Shown here: piece after piece, positions 45,769 through 56,750 of the stretch
Position numbering within the stretch: the first letter of the stretch is position 1
Layout of the letters: each line of letters opens with the position of its first letter
Assembly (NCBI GenBank): GCA_964429995.1
Contig: CAYSDY010000002.1
Location: 110,361 to 174,360, forward strand
DNA length: 64,000 bases
Origin: an uncultured Methanosarcinales archaeon
GTDB taxonomy: Archaea; Nanobdellota; Nanobdellia; Woesearchaeales; UBA583
Reading direction: 5' to 3'
Notes under the pieces: generated by a model
Database searches by the model: none
What the model was told of the DNA's origin: nothing
The model's input: the letters and a program-made list of their open reading frames with translations, nothing else
Program-made: the position numbers and the translations under genes

Positions 45769-48700
45769 TATCTTCTTTTTCTATATAATCACTCATGTTT
45801 CTTAAATCAAGACTTACTACATCACTTATCTTGTATTTATCCATTGTAACTCCATATATTATCTCTGCACTTTGTATTAAGTGTTCACTATGGCTTACAA
45901 CTATGTATTGTGCGTATTTGGAATATTGTCGTATTAGTTTTCCTAATTTTTCTGCATTCATTATGTCAAGTGCAGCATCTACTTCATCAAATATGTAAAA
46001 ACTTGCAGGATTGAATTCTTGTACTGCAAATATGAAAGCTATTGCTGTAATTGTTTTTTCTCCACCTGATAATGATTTTATATCAAGATAATTTTTTTGT
46101 GTAAGCCTTACTCTTATATCTACTCCATTGTTAAATATGTCGTTTTCGTTTTCAAGTATTAACTCAACTTCTCCTTTTGTTGATAGTGTTGAAAATACTT
46201 CTATAAAATTCTTTTTTAGTTTATTGAAAGTTTCTAAGAATTTTTCTTTCTTTTTTACATCCATTTCTGCTATAAGTTTTAATATATCTTCTTTTTCTAT
46301 GTTTAATGATTCTCTTTTTTCTAATAAATTATTAAATTCTTCGTATAGCATGTCATAAACTTCAATCGCTTTAAGATTGATTGAACCAAATGAATTTATT
46401 TTTGATTTTATATTGTTTACCTTGTTTTGTAATTCTTTTATATTTAATTCGTTGTTGTTTAGTTCTTTTTCGACATCTGTTATCAATTCTTCTATTTTAT
46501 TATGTCCTATTTGATTTCCATCAGATCCTGTCATTATGAACTCGCTCTTTATTTCTTCATATACAAGATCAAGTTCTTCATTTAATGTTTCGTTTAATGT
46601 ATTAAATTCAGATAATGAATAATTTAGTGTTGCAATATCTGTTTTGATTTTTTCAAATTTGGAATATTCTTTGTCGTATTCTTCTTCCAATTTTTTTCTT
46701 GATGATTTTAAATCATCTCTTTGTTGAATAAATTCTTTATAATTTTTTGATAATTCTTTTTCTTTTTTTTGGTTTGTTTTTAATTCTTCTGATAATTCTT
46801 TATCTTTTTGTGATAATTCTTCTAACTTTTCCTTAAATTCTTTTATTGCAATTTCAGATTCTTTTGCTATTTTATGTAAATTGTTTATATCAGGTGTTAA
46901 AACATTTTTTATCTGTATATTGTGACTGTCTATTGAAAGATTGATTTTTGCTAAATTTTCTTTTAAAGAGTCTCTTTCTTTTTCCATAAGATTAATTGTT
47001 TCTATTATGTCTGCCTGTTGGTTTGAATTGAATTTAAATTTGTTTTTTTCAGTGTTTAATTCTTCTATTTCTTTTGTTAACAAATCTATGTCTTTATCTA
47101 TTTTTTTTATACTATTTTCTATGACTACTTTGTCTGAAAGTATGTTATTTATCAATTCGTGGATTTCCTTATCACTTGAATTTATTGAGAGTATTTTTTC
47201 AATTTTACTTATTTCTCCTTCAAGTTCTGCTTTTTCCTGTCTTAGCGAGTATAGTTTTTCTTCACTATTCTTTTTTTCTTCTTTTAATATATCAATACTT
47301 GAAGATACAGAACTAATTTTATTTTCAAGTGCCTGCATTTTTTCTTCAAGCACATCGTCTTTAAAGATACCCATACTTGTGTTTTTTGATTTAAAACCAC
47401 CAGTCATTGCACCGGATTTTGATACTATATCGCCATCAAGTGTAACCATTTTATATGTACCTATTCCTATTTGTTTTGAATCTTCTATTCTTTCTATTAC
47501 TATTGAATCAGCAAAAATTAAATGAAATATGTTTTCGTATTTTGGATCGTATTTTACAAGGTTTAATGCATAATCTATTACTCCTTTCTTGTTTAATACT
47601 GATTCATCAAGTTTGAATTTTTTGTGTATTTGATTTAAAGGTAAAAATGTTGCATTTCCTATTCTGTTGTCTTTAAGATAATTAATGTATTTTACAGCTG
47701 TTGCATCATTTTCTACTACTATGTTAAATAGATTTTTGCCTGCAATTGTTTCCATTGCCATTGCATATTTTTCTGTAACGCTTGCAAGTTCTGCAACAGT
47801 ACCACATATTGAATTATCTTTATTTTTTAGTTTTATAATTGTGTCTACTGCTTTGTTTGTCATCATTATTTCTTTTGAACTTTCAAGTCTTATCTTTAAT
47901 TTTGAGTGTTTTTCTATTAATTCTGAATATTCATTTAAAAGATTGTTTAATTTTGCACTTGCTTGTGAGTTATTGCTTGCTGTTTGAGATATTTCAATTA
48001 TTGCTTTTTTTAATTTTGTTCTATACTGTTCAAGTATCTTTATTTGTTCTTTATTTTCTATATTGCTTTTTTCTATTTTATTAAGATCGTTTTCAAGATG
48101 TTCTATTTTTGTGTTTAATTTTTCTATTTGGATTTGGTTTTCCTGCTTTATCTGATTTTTGTTGTACTTTTTTGAATTTAAATCTTCTATTTGTTGTTCT
48201 ATCTCATCAATTTTTTTTAAACTTTCAGTTGAAAGGCCTTTTTTTTGTTCTGATAATTTTAATTCTGCTGTTCTTATTTTTTTTTCAATTTCTGATTTTT
48301 CATTAATAAGATCTGTAATCTTTTCATTTATAGCTTTTATTTCTGAATTATTGTTTTTTATATTTTCACTTATTTCAATATTTTTTGTTTTTATTTCCTC
48401 TATTTGTTTTTTTAATTCTGCTTTTTTTTCGTTAACTTTTTGTATTTCACCTTCAAGATAAGTTATTTTATTTGTTACTTCTATAAAATCTTGGTGTGAT
48501 TTTATTTCTATGCTTTTTTCAAGATTTTCAAGCATAAAATCTATTTTTGATTCTTCCTTTTCAAGAGTTTCAAGTTGATGTTTTGATTTTTCAAGTATTT
48601 TTTCGTTTGAACTTAATTCTTCTGTTTTTTTATCTTTTAGTTGTTTGTTTCGTAAAAGTTTTGATTTTATTAAAAGAAGATTGTTAAATCTTAATTCTGC

Positions 48701-49363
48701 TTTTGCCTGATTATATTTTTCAGCAAGTTCTTTTTCTGATTTTAATTCTTTTATGTATTTTGTCTTTTCAGCAAGAAGAAGATCTGCTTCTTTTAGATCT
48801 ATTTCAACTTTTTCAAGTTTTGATAATGAATTTTGCCTTTTTTCTTCGTAATTTGAAATGTTGGAAATTTCTTCTATTAGTTCACGCCTTTCATTTGGGG
48901 TCATGTTAACTATCTTATTAATGTCTCCTTGAAGGATTATGTTGTATCCATCTGGATTAATTGATGCATTTTTTAAGATTTCAAGTATTTCTGTTCTTGT
49001 TGCTTTTTTATCGTTTATATAGTACATAGATGAACCTAATTTGTTTACTATTCTACTTATTTTAATTTCATCACAATCAATGTTTAAAAGTTCCTTGTTC
49101 TCATTTGAAAGAAAGATTGCAACTTCTGCTTCTTTTGATGGTTTTGATGTTTTACCTCCATTAAATACAAGATTTCCAAGTTTGTCAGCCCTTAAACCTT
49201 TAGATGACATTCTTCCTAATACAAAACAAAGTGCATCAAAAACATTAGATTTTCCAGATCCATTGGCTCCAACTATTGTGTTAAAACCTTCTTCAAAATT
49301 AAGTACTGTAGGATTAGCAAAAGATTTGAATCCTTTAAGTTTTAAACGTTTAATTCTACTCAT
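45728..49363 (-). CDS. smc: Chromosome segregation protein SMC
   Basis: N-terminal FKSFANPTVLNFEEGFNTIVGANGSGKSNVFDA. Long coiled coils with a hinge. C-terminal LSGGEKTITAIAFIFAVQ and IFDEVDAALD. Confidence 0.85.
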   Translation of the reverse strand: MSRIKRLKLKGFKSFANPTVLNFEEGFNTIVGANGSGKSNVFDALCFVLGRMSSKGLRADKLGNLVFNGGKTSKPSKEAEVAIFLSNENKELLNIDCDEIKISRIVNKLGSSMYYINDKKATRTEILEILKNASINPDGYNIILQGDINKIVNMTPNERRELIEEISNISNYEEKRQNSLSKLEKVEIDLKEADLLLAEKTKYIKELKSEKELAEKYNQAKAELRFNNLLLIKSKLLRNKQLKDKKTEELSSNEKILEKSKHQLETLEKEESKIDFMLENLEKSIEIKSHQDFIEVTNKITYLEGEIQKVNEKKAELKKQIEEIKTKNIEISENIKNNNSEIKAINEKITDLINEKSEIEKKIRTAELKLSEQKKGLSTESLKKIDEIEQQIEDLNSKKYNKNQIKQENQIQIEKLNTKIEHLENDLNKIEKSNIENKEQIKILEQYRTKLKKAIIEISQTASNNSQASAKLNNLLNEYSELIEKHSKLKIRLESSKEIMMTNKAVDTIIKLKNKDNSICGTVAELASVTEKYAMAMETIAGKNLFNIVVENDATAVKYINYLKDNRIGNATFLPLNQIHKKFKLDESVLNKKGVIDYALNLVKYDPKYENIFHLIFADSIVIERIEDSKQIGIGTYKMVTLDGDIVSKSGAMTGGFKSKNTSMGIFKDDVLEEKMQALENKISSVSSSIDILKEEKKNSEEKLYSLRQEKAELEGEISKIEKILSINSSDKEIHELINNILSDKVVIENSIKKIDKDIDLLTKEIEELNTEKNKFKFNSNQQADIIETINLMEKERDSLKENLAKINLSIDSHNIQIKNVLTPDINNLHKIAKESEIAIKEFKEKLEELSQKDKELSEELKTNQKKEKELSKNYKEFIQQRDDLKSSRKKLEEEYDKEYSKFEKIKTDIATLNYSLSEFNTLNETLNEELDLVYEEIKSEFIMTGSDGNQIGHNKIEELITDVEKELNNNELNIKELQNKVNNIKSKINSFGSINLKAIEVYDMLYEEFNNLLEKRESLNIEKEDILKLIAEMDVKKKEKFLETFNKLKKNFIEVFSTLSTKGEVELILENENDIFNNGVDIRVRLTQKNYLDIKSLSGGEKTITAIAFIFAVQEFNPASFYIFDEVDAALDIMNAEKLGKLIRQYSKYAQYIVVSHSEHLIQSAEIIYGVTMDKYKISDVVSLDLRNMSDYIEKEDNKTKITKFELSQP

Positions 49364-49447
49364 TATTAATAAGAAATATTTAAAAAAAAACTTTTAAATG
49401 TTTGTTGTAAAGTTTAGTAGTAAGAGTTGATAATTTTATAAAAAACA

Positions 49448-49888
49448 TCATTTGTTAAGGAATCCTTCTATTATTTTTTCTAAATCGTTTATAATTTCTT
49501 TTTTTATCTTTGTAATTTCATCTCTTGTTATAAAATTTAATGGTTCCCATAAATCAATGTATCTTTCAAGTTTTGCAACTTCATCATGACTCGCCATTAT
49601 TTTTATTTGTTTTACCATCTTGCTTTCAAAATCCTTAACATTTTTAATTTCGCTTTTTATTTCTTTTACATCGTTTTTTATTTCTTTTATCTGTTGAAAT
49701 ATTTTTTTGAAATTATCTATTGCATTATGATCTAAAAGTTCTATTTTTTCATTGATTGTATCTAATGAATTTTCTATGTCTTTTTGTCTTTCAACTACTG
49801 TTAATATTGCTTTAGAATGAGTATCTACTGTTTCCTGAAACTGTTTCTGCTTTATTTCATCCGAGTTTCCAAAAAGGTTGCTGCTCAT
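49448..49888 (-). CDS. Hypothetical coiled-coil protein
   Basis: 146 aa, ATG start, no motif recognised. Confidence 0.4.
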   Translation of the reverse strand: MSSNLFGNSDEIKQKQFQETVDTHSKAILTVVERQKDIENSLDTINEKIELLDHNAIDNFKKIFQQIKEIKNDVKEIKSEIKNVKDFESKMVKQIKIMASHDEVAKLERYIDLWEPLNFITRDEITKIKKEIINDLEKIIEGFLNK

Positions 49889-49892
49889 TTTT

Positions 49893-51149
49893 TTATTTGA
49901 TCATTTCCTTATATATTTTTATTAGTTTTTCAGCTGGAAAATCCCATGAAAATCTATAAAAATTATTGTGTGCATTTTCTCTTATGTGTTGGTGTAAATC
50001 TTCATATCTTATAAGTGAAATCATTTGATTGGCCATTTCATCAGTATCCCAAAAATCAACTTTAAATGAATGTGTAAGTACTTCTGATATGCCAGATTGT
50101 TTGGATATTATTGTTGGTGTTCCTTTAGCAACAGCCTCAAGAGGTACTATTCCAAAAGGCTCTGATACTGATGGCATTACAAATATGTCTGCTAATGAAA
50201 AAAACATGTCCGCTTCATTCCTACTGTATTTTCTTCCAAGAAGGTATATATTGTTTTTTATGCCATATTCATCACAAAGACTTTTTATTCTTGGTAATAA
50301 GTCACCTTCTCCTGCTACTATAAACTTTGTGTCTTTTTCGTATTCTAATACTTTTTTGGCTGCTCTTATGAAAAATTCTGGACCTTTTTGAGTTGTGATT
50401 CTTCCTGCAAATAGTACTATCTTGTTTTTATTCCCATAATTTTTTCCACTTAATTCTGGTTCAAGATCACTAATACCTCCGTTATGGATTACTCTTATTT
50501 TGTCTGGATTTACATGATAGCAATCAACAAGTTTGTGTTTTACAAAATTACTTACAGCAACAAGAATGTCGCAATTAGCAAAACCTTCCTGTTCTATTTT
50601 AAATATTTCATCATCTCCACCCATATTTCCTGTCTTGTCAAGCTCAGTTATGTGTACATGAAGAATTACAGGTTTGCCAGTTAATTTTTTAAGTATTAAT
50701 GCTGCCGGAATACTTGTCCAATCGTGTGCATGAATTATGTCAAATTTTTCATCCTTGTATATTTCTGCAACTCTTTTGGCATAAAGATATACTTCTTCAA
50801 GCAGGTTATCTCCATAAAGTTTTCCTATATCTTTTTTTGTATTGCCGTTTTCTTTTTTTTGTAACTCCCTTATTCTTGCTGAGTATTTTTCGTATGTATC
50901 ATATGCTTTTATGGTACTGAAAACTCTTCTAAAATTGAGACTAAACTGTACATGTTTTCCAAAAGAATGTGCAGACTGTATTTTTAATTTTTCAAATCTT
51001 GTTTCTTCCTGTGCTGGACCATATGGCATTACATAGGTTATATCAAGTGTCTCGTTTTTGCAAAGGGAACGTGTGAGTTCGTAACATGCTATTCCTAAAC
51101 CCCCTGCAAAGTGAGGTGGAAATTCCCATCCGAGCATTAAAATTTTCAT
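49893..51149 (-). CDS. Glycogen-synthase-like retaining glycosyltransferase (GT4/GT5 clade)
   Basis: MKILMLGWEFPPHFAGGLG N-terminus, as in archaeal/bacterial glycogen synthases. C-terminal EPFGIVPLEAVAKGTPTI (E-x7-E). Confidence 0.65.
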   Translation of the reverse strand: MKILMLGWEFPPHFAGGLGIACYELTRSLCKNETLDITYVMPYGPAQEETRFEKLKIQSAHSFGKHVQFSLNFRRVFSTIKAYDTYEKYSARIRELQKKENGNTKKDIGKLYGDNLLEEVYLYAKRVAEIYKDEKFDIIHAHDWTSIPAALILKKLTGKPVILHVHITELDKTGNMGGDDEIFKIEQEGFANCDILVAVSNFVKHKLVDCYHVNPDKIRVIHNGGISDLEPELSGKNYGNKNKIVLFAGRITTQKGPEFFIRAAKKVLEYEKDTKFIVAGEGDLLPRIKSLCDEYGIKNNIYLLGRKYSRNEADMFFSLADIFVMPSVSEPFGIVPLEAVAKGTPTIISKQSGISEVLTHSFKVDFWDTDEMANQMISLIRYEDLHQHIRENAHNNFYRFSWDFPAEKLIKIYKEMIK

Positions 51150-51247
51150 CTAATAAAAAATAAGTTCCTTGTTTTATACAATTTCGTTTTTACTGCATTA
51201 AGGTAAAAAGTTTTAATTAAATGTTAATGGTAATAAAAAAATAATAT

Positions 51248-52852
51248 ATGAATTCTTTGTCTTATAATATGCAACATGATATACCTTTGTTTGAAGTGTC
51301 TTTTGAGGTGTGCAATAAGGTTGGTGGGATAAATACTGTTGTCAAATCCAAGCTTTCTTATGCGATAAAACATTTTAAAAATTATTTTTGTTTGGGTCCT
51401 TATACTTTTAAAAATGAGGAATTTGTGGAAAAGGATATTCCTAAAAAATTTATTGATGCAAGTGAATCATTAAAACAAAAAGGAATAATTATTCATTATG
51501 GTCTATGGAATTATGCAGATGTTTCTGCAAATGTTATTCTTGTTGAATATATGGGATATTCTTCTCATATTAACGAAATAAAATCAGATATCTGGGACAT
51601 TGGAAAGGTTGATTCTCTTAATTCTGACTGGTATGATTTTGATGAAGTTATGCTTTGGTCTTGGTGTTGTGGTATTGTTATTTCTGAATTGTCTAAGAAT
51701 TTTGATTCAAAAGTTTTAGTTCATGCCCATGAGTGGATGAGTGGTGGTTGTATATTTTATCTTAAAAAAGTTAAATCTTTGCAGTTTCGTACAATTTTTA
51801 CAACTCATGCAACTATGCTTGGAAGATCAATATGTGGACATGGTGAGAATCTTTACGATCTTATAGAAACGATAGATGTTGATGATTTTGCAAAAAAAAT
51901 GGGAGTTAGCATAAAACAGCAGACAGAAAAAGCTCTTGCTAATATTTCGGATTGTTTTACAACAGTTTCTGATCTTACTGGAAATGAAGCTGAACATTTT
52001 TACATGAAAAAACCAGATTTTATACTATATAATGGATTTGATAACAACAATTTTCATGCTTTAAAAAATATTGAGCTATTTTTTAAATATTCACAGAATA
52101 AATTAAAATATGCGTTGTATAATGTTTTTTCTCCTTTTTATGAATTTGATATCAATAAATGTAAAATTTATTATACTTCAGGGCGTAATGAGTTAAGAGA
52201 TAAAGGTTTTGATATATACATAAGAGCTTTGGGGCGTCTTAACGAATTGCTTAAAAAAAATAAATCAGACAAGAAGGTTATAAATTTGTTTCTTGTTAGC
52301 ATGGGTAATTTTCCAGTATTGAAAAATCCTTATGCAGTTCCATTATCTACTCATGATGTTGGAATGTCAAATGAGTATATTGAATTAATGTTTAAATGTG
52401 GTCTTCTTAATGGACCTTATGATAATGTTAAGGTTTTGCTTGTACCTAATATGCTTAATGGATTGGATGGATATTTTAACATGGATTATTATGATGTTGT
52501 TTCTGGAACAGATTTAGGAATTTTTCCATCTTTTTATGAACCTTGGGGGTATACACCACTTGAGAGCATAAATTATGCTGTACCGTGCGTGACTACAAAC
52601 CTTTCCGGTTTTGGTCAGTATATATACGATAATTTTTCGTCTAATGAGTCTGTTCAAATTCTTAACAGAAAAAATGTTGATGATGAATTTGTGATTGATG
52701 AGTTGGTTGATATAATGTTTTTTAATTTGAACAAGGATTCAAAAAAAAATATTGAATTTAAAGAGAATGCAAGAAAATTTTCAAAAAATTTTACATGGGA
52801 CAAATTTTATGAGAATTATCTTAATGCTTATGATTATGTTCTTAAAAAGTAA
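51248..52852 (+). CDS. Eukaryote-type (GT3 family) glycogen-synthase-like glycosyltransferase
   Basis: LFEVSFEVCNKVGGINTVVKSK closely matches the GT3 N-terminal block (FEV.WEV.NKVGGIYTV..TK). C-terminal FPSFYEPWGYTPLES (E-x7-E). Confidence 0.55.
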   Translation: MNSLSYNMQHDIPLFEVSFEVCNKVGGINTVVKSKLSYAIKHFKNYFCLGPYTFKNEEFVEKDIPKKFIDASESLKQKGIIIHYGLWNYADVSANVILVEYMGYSSHINEIKSDIWDIGKVDSLNSDWYDFDEVMLWSWCCGIVISELSKNFDSKVLVHAHEWMSGGCIFYLKKVKSLQFRTIFTTHATMLGRSICGHGENLYDLIETIDVDDFAKKMGVSIKQQTEKALANISDCFTTVSDLTGNEAEHFYMKKPDFILYNGFDNNNFHALKNIELFFKYSQNKLKYALYNVFSPFYEFDINKCKIYYTSGRNELRDKGFDIYIRALGRLNELLKKNKSDKKVINLFLVSMGNFPVLKNPYAVPLSTHDVGMSNEYIELMFKCGLLNGPYDNVKVLLVPNMLNGLDGYFNMDYYDVVSGTDLGIFPSFYEPWGYTPLESINYAVPCVTTNLSGFGQYIYDNFSSNESVQILNRKNVDDEFVIDELVDIMFFNLNKDSKKNIEFKENARKFSKNFTWDKFYENYLNAYDYVLKK

Positions 52853-52906
52853 ATTTTTTTTAAAATCAAAAATTTTATTAATATGACTGTTCATTAATTG
52901 TTAATA

Positions 52907-53452
52907 GTGGTAAAAATTACATTGTTTGGCTTAGCAGGAACCGGAACTTCTACAATAGGAAAGATGATTGCATCTACTTGTGGTTATGATTTTTTTTCAG
53001 GCGGATTGATGTTTAGGGATATGGCAAAGCAAAAGAATATGGATTTGTATGAATTTAGTGAGCTTTGTGCTAAAGATAAAAAGTATGACATAGAACTTGA
53101 TAAAAAAATTAAACAGTATGGAATTGATAATGATAATTTTGTTTTTGAGAGTAGAATATGTTGGTATTTTATTCCTGATTCTATAAAAATAAAACTTTCA
53201 TGTGATGATAACATAAGATTTGAACGAATATCAAAAAGAGATCAAAAGGATTTAGGATATGTAATAACTAAGACAAAAGAGCGTGAGTTATCTGAAAGAG
53301 ATAGATATATGAGATATTATGGGCTTGAAGATTATGATTCAAATTTACATTTTGATATTGTTGTTGATACAAGTTATAAAACAGAAGATGAAATATTAAG
53401 AATACTTGTAAGATTTATTGAATCTTATCAAAAAAAGAGATCAAGGATTTAA
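52907..53452 (+). CDS. cmk: Cytidylate (CMP) kinase, archaeal type
   Basis: VKITLFGLAGTGTSTIGK P-loop at the N-terminus, about 180 aa. I prefer the GTG start at 52907; the ORF track's 52898 is TTG, and there is no in-frame ATG. Confidence 0.55.
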   Translation: MVKITLFGLAGTGTSTIGKMIASTCGYDFFSGGLMFRDMAKQKNMDLYEFSELCAKDKKYDIELDKKIKQYGIDNDNFVFESRICWYFIPDSIKIKLSCDDNIRFERISKRDQKDLGYVITKTKERELSERDRYMRYYGLEDYDSNLHFDIVVDTSYKTEDEILRILVRFIESYQKKRSRI

Positions 53453-54051
53453 AAAAAGATGAAGTTTGATATCAAATGAAGATCAATAAGGCTTAATATA
53501 GTTCCAAACATTACAAGCATCATTATTATTGGAATCATCATCACTATCAGTATTTGAGGAAGAGAGTATTGATATACAGCAGAAATTGATACGAACATTG
53601 TTACAAGAAAGTACATTAAGAATGCTATTACAAAAAAAGATGCAAGTCTTAAACTAAATGTTGATATAAGACCAATCATGTACATTATAATGGCATAAAC
53701 TATTCCTGTATGAAATCCAACAGAAATCAATGGTTTTACTTTTTTGTGTTTATTCAATAACTCTGCAACAATTCCAAAAAATCCATAAAGAGCATATATT
53801 TTTATGTTGAATACAAAAGGGTATATCATCAAAAATCCAAAAAAAACTTGTGGATTTATTTCTCTGCTACCAAAAGAAATATTATCTGTAAATAGTGTTA
53901 TTAGAAAAACTACCAAAACTATTATGTAGTTAAGGAACAATGTGCTTAAAAAAATTTCTTCAAGGCTTTTTTCACGTGAAACCTTTTTCATGGTTTCTTT
54001 ATCAAATGCCATTATTTTTAATCCGTTTATGACTGAATCTGTAAGATACAT
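53449..54051 (-). CDS. Polytopic membrane protein, unknown function
   Basis: 200 aa with about 5 hydrophobic segments. Confidence 0.45.
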   Translation of the reverse strand: MYLTDSVINGLKIMAFDKETMKKVSREKSLEEIFLSTLFLNYIIVLVVFLITLFTDNISFGSREINPQVFFGFLMIYPFVFNIKIYALYGFFGIVAELLNKHKKVKPLISVGFHTGIVYAIIMYMIGLISTFSLRLASFFVIAFLMYFLVTMFVSISAVYQYSLPQILIVMMIPIIMMLVMFGTILSLIDLHLISNFIFF

Positions 54052-54117
54052 AAAACGTATAGGGTATTTTTTTATATAAATTTTATTTGCTATTTATAAA
54101 TTGTAAAAATGTAAAAC

Positions 54118-55413
54118 TTAAAATTTAATGTTCAATATAAAGCTTCCTTTGATCTTTGTTGTTTGTTTTTTAATATCGTCTATTTTGTTTTTTATGATTT
54201 TTAATGTTTTTTGATATTCATTATTTATTTCATCTTTTTTTGACTTTATAATTTCAATAGAATTATTCTTTATTAAATTTAGCCTGTTGTCTATTTTTTT
54301 TAACTTGTCTTCTAATTCAAGTATATTTTTTTGGTTTTTTGGGTTTAGATTTGTCTTGGTTATTTTTATTTCAATATTTGAGATTTCTTTTATAATTTGA
54401 TTTAATTCATATTTTTTTTCTTTTAAAGCTTCATTTATTTTGTTTTTTTGAATTTTAGAATCTTCTTGCTGTGTTTTTGATGTTTTTTCTAGTTCCTCTA
54501 ATTTGTCTTTGTATTCAAAGATGTCTTTTTCTTTTTTTGTTATTTTTTTGTCAATGTTTGCAATTTTTGATTCTAACCTTAGTATGTTATATTTTATATT
54601 GCAGAATCTTGTCCAGTATATTAGTCCTAAAGTTATTATGAATAATGGCCAGGAAAAAATAATCTTTTTTTTACCCATTCTGCTTTTTATTTTTAATTCT
54701 TTTATGTATTCATGCAATTCTTTTTTTCTAAATTCATATTCTTTTTTTTCTTTTTCTAATTTATCTATTATGTCACGTAATTCTTCATTCTCAGGGTTTA
54801 AGAAACTTGTTTGATTTAAAGATTTTTCAAGATTTTCAATAGTAATGGTTAAATTATTCTTTTTTTTGTTTAGTTCTTCTATTGATTTTAGAAAAGGTTT
54901 TGATATTAGCAGGTTTTCATTTTTAAGTTGTTTTAGTTCTTCAGAAACTATGTTTTTTTCATCGTTAAGTTTTGATATTTCACTTTTTTCTATTGCTTGT
55001 GCGCTTTGTTCATATGAGTTTAGCATATTTATCAGTTTTTGTATTGAATCGTTAGAACTTATGGTTTTTAATATGTTTTCCAGTATATCCATTTGGCTTG
55101 TTATTTCTGTAAATTCATAGTCATTGCTTTTAGGTTTTTGAAAATCATTTTTGTTTTTACTAAAATTTTCTTCAATTATTCTTTTAACTGTTTCAATATT
55201 TTCTATAGTTTTAAATGTTTTAACAATTTTAGGTTTTGTTGAATTGTTTAGTGTTGATATTATTTTTTCATTTGACTCTGTTATGTTTGCATAAGATGGT
55301 TTGATATTTTCTATTTGCAATAAAAGATCATTGTCTATGATTATAAGGGATATTTCATCATTCTGCCCTGAAAATATCAAGTTATCTTTTATGAAGAATT
55401 TTTTTTCATTCAT
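54118..55413 (-). CDS. Coiled-coil protein with one internal TM segment
   Basis: 431 aa, K/E/N-rich heptad-like sequence, TM IIFSWPLFIITLGLIYW. Confidence 0.45.
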   Translation of the reverse strand: MNEKKFFIKDNLIFSGQNDEISLIIIDNDLLLQIENIKPSYANITESNEKIISTLNNSTKPKIVKTFKTIENIETVKRIIEENFSKNKNDFQKPKSNDYEFTEITSQMDILENILKTISSNDSIQKLINMLNSYEQSAQAIEKSEISKLNDEKNIVSEELKQLKNENLLISKPFLKSIEELNKKKNNLTITIENLEKSLNQTSFLNPENEELRDIIDKLEKEKKEYEFRKKELHEYIKELKIKSRMGKKKIIFSWPLFIITLGLIYWTRFCNIKYNILRLESKIANIDKKITKKEKDIFEYKDKLEELEKTSKTQQEDSKIQKNKINEALKEKKYELNQIIKEISNIEIKITKTNLNPKNQKNILELEDKLKKIDNRLNLIKNNSIEIIKSKKDEINNEYQKTLKIIKNKIDDIKKQTTKIKGSFILNIKF

Positions 55414-55477
55414 TTTTTATGTTTATTACTATGTATAAATAGATAATCTTTTTAAATTTTTCTTGTTTTTCATTTGT

Positions 55478-56689
55478 ATGGGAAGTCTTGAGATTTTCAA
55501 GATGATTTTAGAATTTGGTGGATTACCTTTGCTGTTTTTACTATTGTTAGTTGAAGGAAATCCTATTACAGGATCATTTATACCTGGTCAGACACTTCTT
55601 ATTTTTACAGGATTTATGGTTAGTACGTTTAGGTTTACAAGTGTTTATTGGCTTATATTCATATCTTTTCTTGCAGGTTTTTTAGGTGATTTGATAGGTT
55701 ATTTTTTAGGTGTCAAACTGGGACATAATGGTCTTAAAAAATTTGGTGTTGATTCTAATGGAAGCATGTACAAATCTTCGTGTTCGTTCTTTAAAAAATA
55801 TGGTTCATTATCAATAGTACTTGGAAGAGAGTTTAATATTACTCGTGCGTTTGTTCCATTTTTTGCAGGTTGTTTTAAAATGTCAAAATATAAATTTGCA
55901 TTCGTTGCTTTTGTTTCAAATGTCATATGGAGTGTTCTATCAGTCTTGCTTGGCTATTATTTTGGTTATATAATAGTTAACAATTTTGATATGCTTTTCT
56001 TTTTTATGTTGTTTTTATCATTGTACATTTTTCTTCTTGTTTTTACATACAAATCATTTATAGCTTTTTCAAATGCAAACAAGGAACTTATTCATAAATT
56101 TTCGTTGCATAATATGATATTTGCATGGATACTTGTTTTATGTTTTATATTGTTGTTATTTATTAAGAGATGGAACATGCATATTCTTTTTAACGATTAT
56201 TTTGCATTTTTTCTTTTTCCTGAACTTTTTTATCTTGGGTTTTTACTTTCAAGAACAATGTTGTTTTTGTTTATATCGTTTTTCTTTTTTGTTTTTATTG
56301 TTACAAGAAAGTATAGGTTAGCATTAGTTTTTTTTTGGAGTCTTGTATTTAGTCTTTTCTATGCTCTTATTTTAAATTTTTTGCTGATAAAATTTTTTGG
56401 ACTCATAATGTATTATTCTGTTCTTGTGTTTTGTATTTTGATATTTTATATATGGATTTTTATGAAATCTTATAATATTACTTTAAAAAAATATTACTTT
56501 ATCAATACAGTGTTTGTTTTATTGCTTTTGTTTTTTATTTTTATCAAATTCTCTATCACTTCTAACATGTATGTTTTATTGTTATCTTTCATATTTTCTG
56601 CTATATTTTGTGAATTTCTTTTGATACTTTCAAATTATCAGGTTTTAGATAAAGTTTTATCATCAACTAGATGGTCTGATGAATTATGA
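55478..56689 (+). CDS. DedA/SNARE-associated (TVP38/TMEM64) family membrane protein with extended C-terminal TM region
   Basis: LLLLVEGNPITGSFIPGQTLLIFTGF matches the DedA core motif. First ATG is at 55478; the ORF track's 55463 is TTG. Confidence 0.55.
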   Translation: MGSLEIFKMILEFGGLPLLFLLLLVEGNPITGSFIPGQTLLIFTGFMVSTFRFTSVYWLIFISFLAGFLGDLIGYFLGVKLGHNGLKKFGVDSNGSMYKSSCSFFKKYGSLSIVLGREFNITRAFVPFFAGCFKMSKYKFAFVAFVSNVIWSVLSVLLGYYFGYIIVNNFDMLFFFMLFLSLYIFLLVFTYKSFIAFSNANKELIHKFSLHNMIFAWILVLCFILLLFIKRWNMHILFNDYFAFFLFPELFYLGFLLSRTMLFLFISFFFFVFIVTRKYRLALVFFWSLVFSLFYALILNFLLIKFFGLIMYYSVLVFCILIFYIWIFMKSYNITLKKYYFINTVFVLLLLFFIFIKFSITSNMYVLLLSFIFSAIFCEFLLILSNYQVLDKVLSSTRWSDEL

Positions 56690-56750
56690 TTTATTACTTT
56701 AAAAAAGTGGCAAATAAATATATACTGTGTTTAGTGTATAATATTTTATA

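Noticed and set aside
45795-49397. Many plus-strand ORFs (for example 46941..47525, 48159..48461) within smc
   Set aside because: They are antisense to the conserved SMC coiled-coil region. F/S/L-rich translations are typical of reverse-complemented K/E codons.
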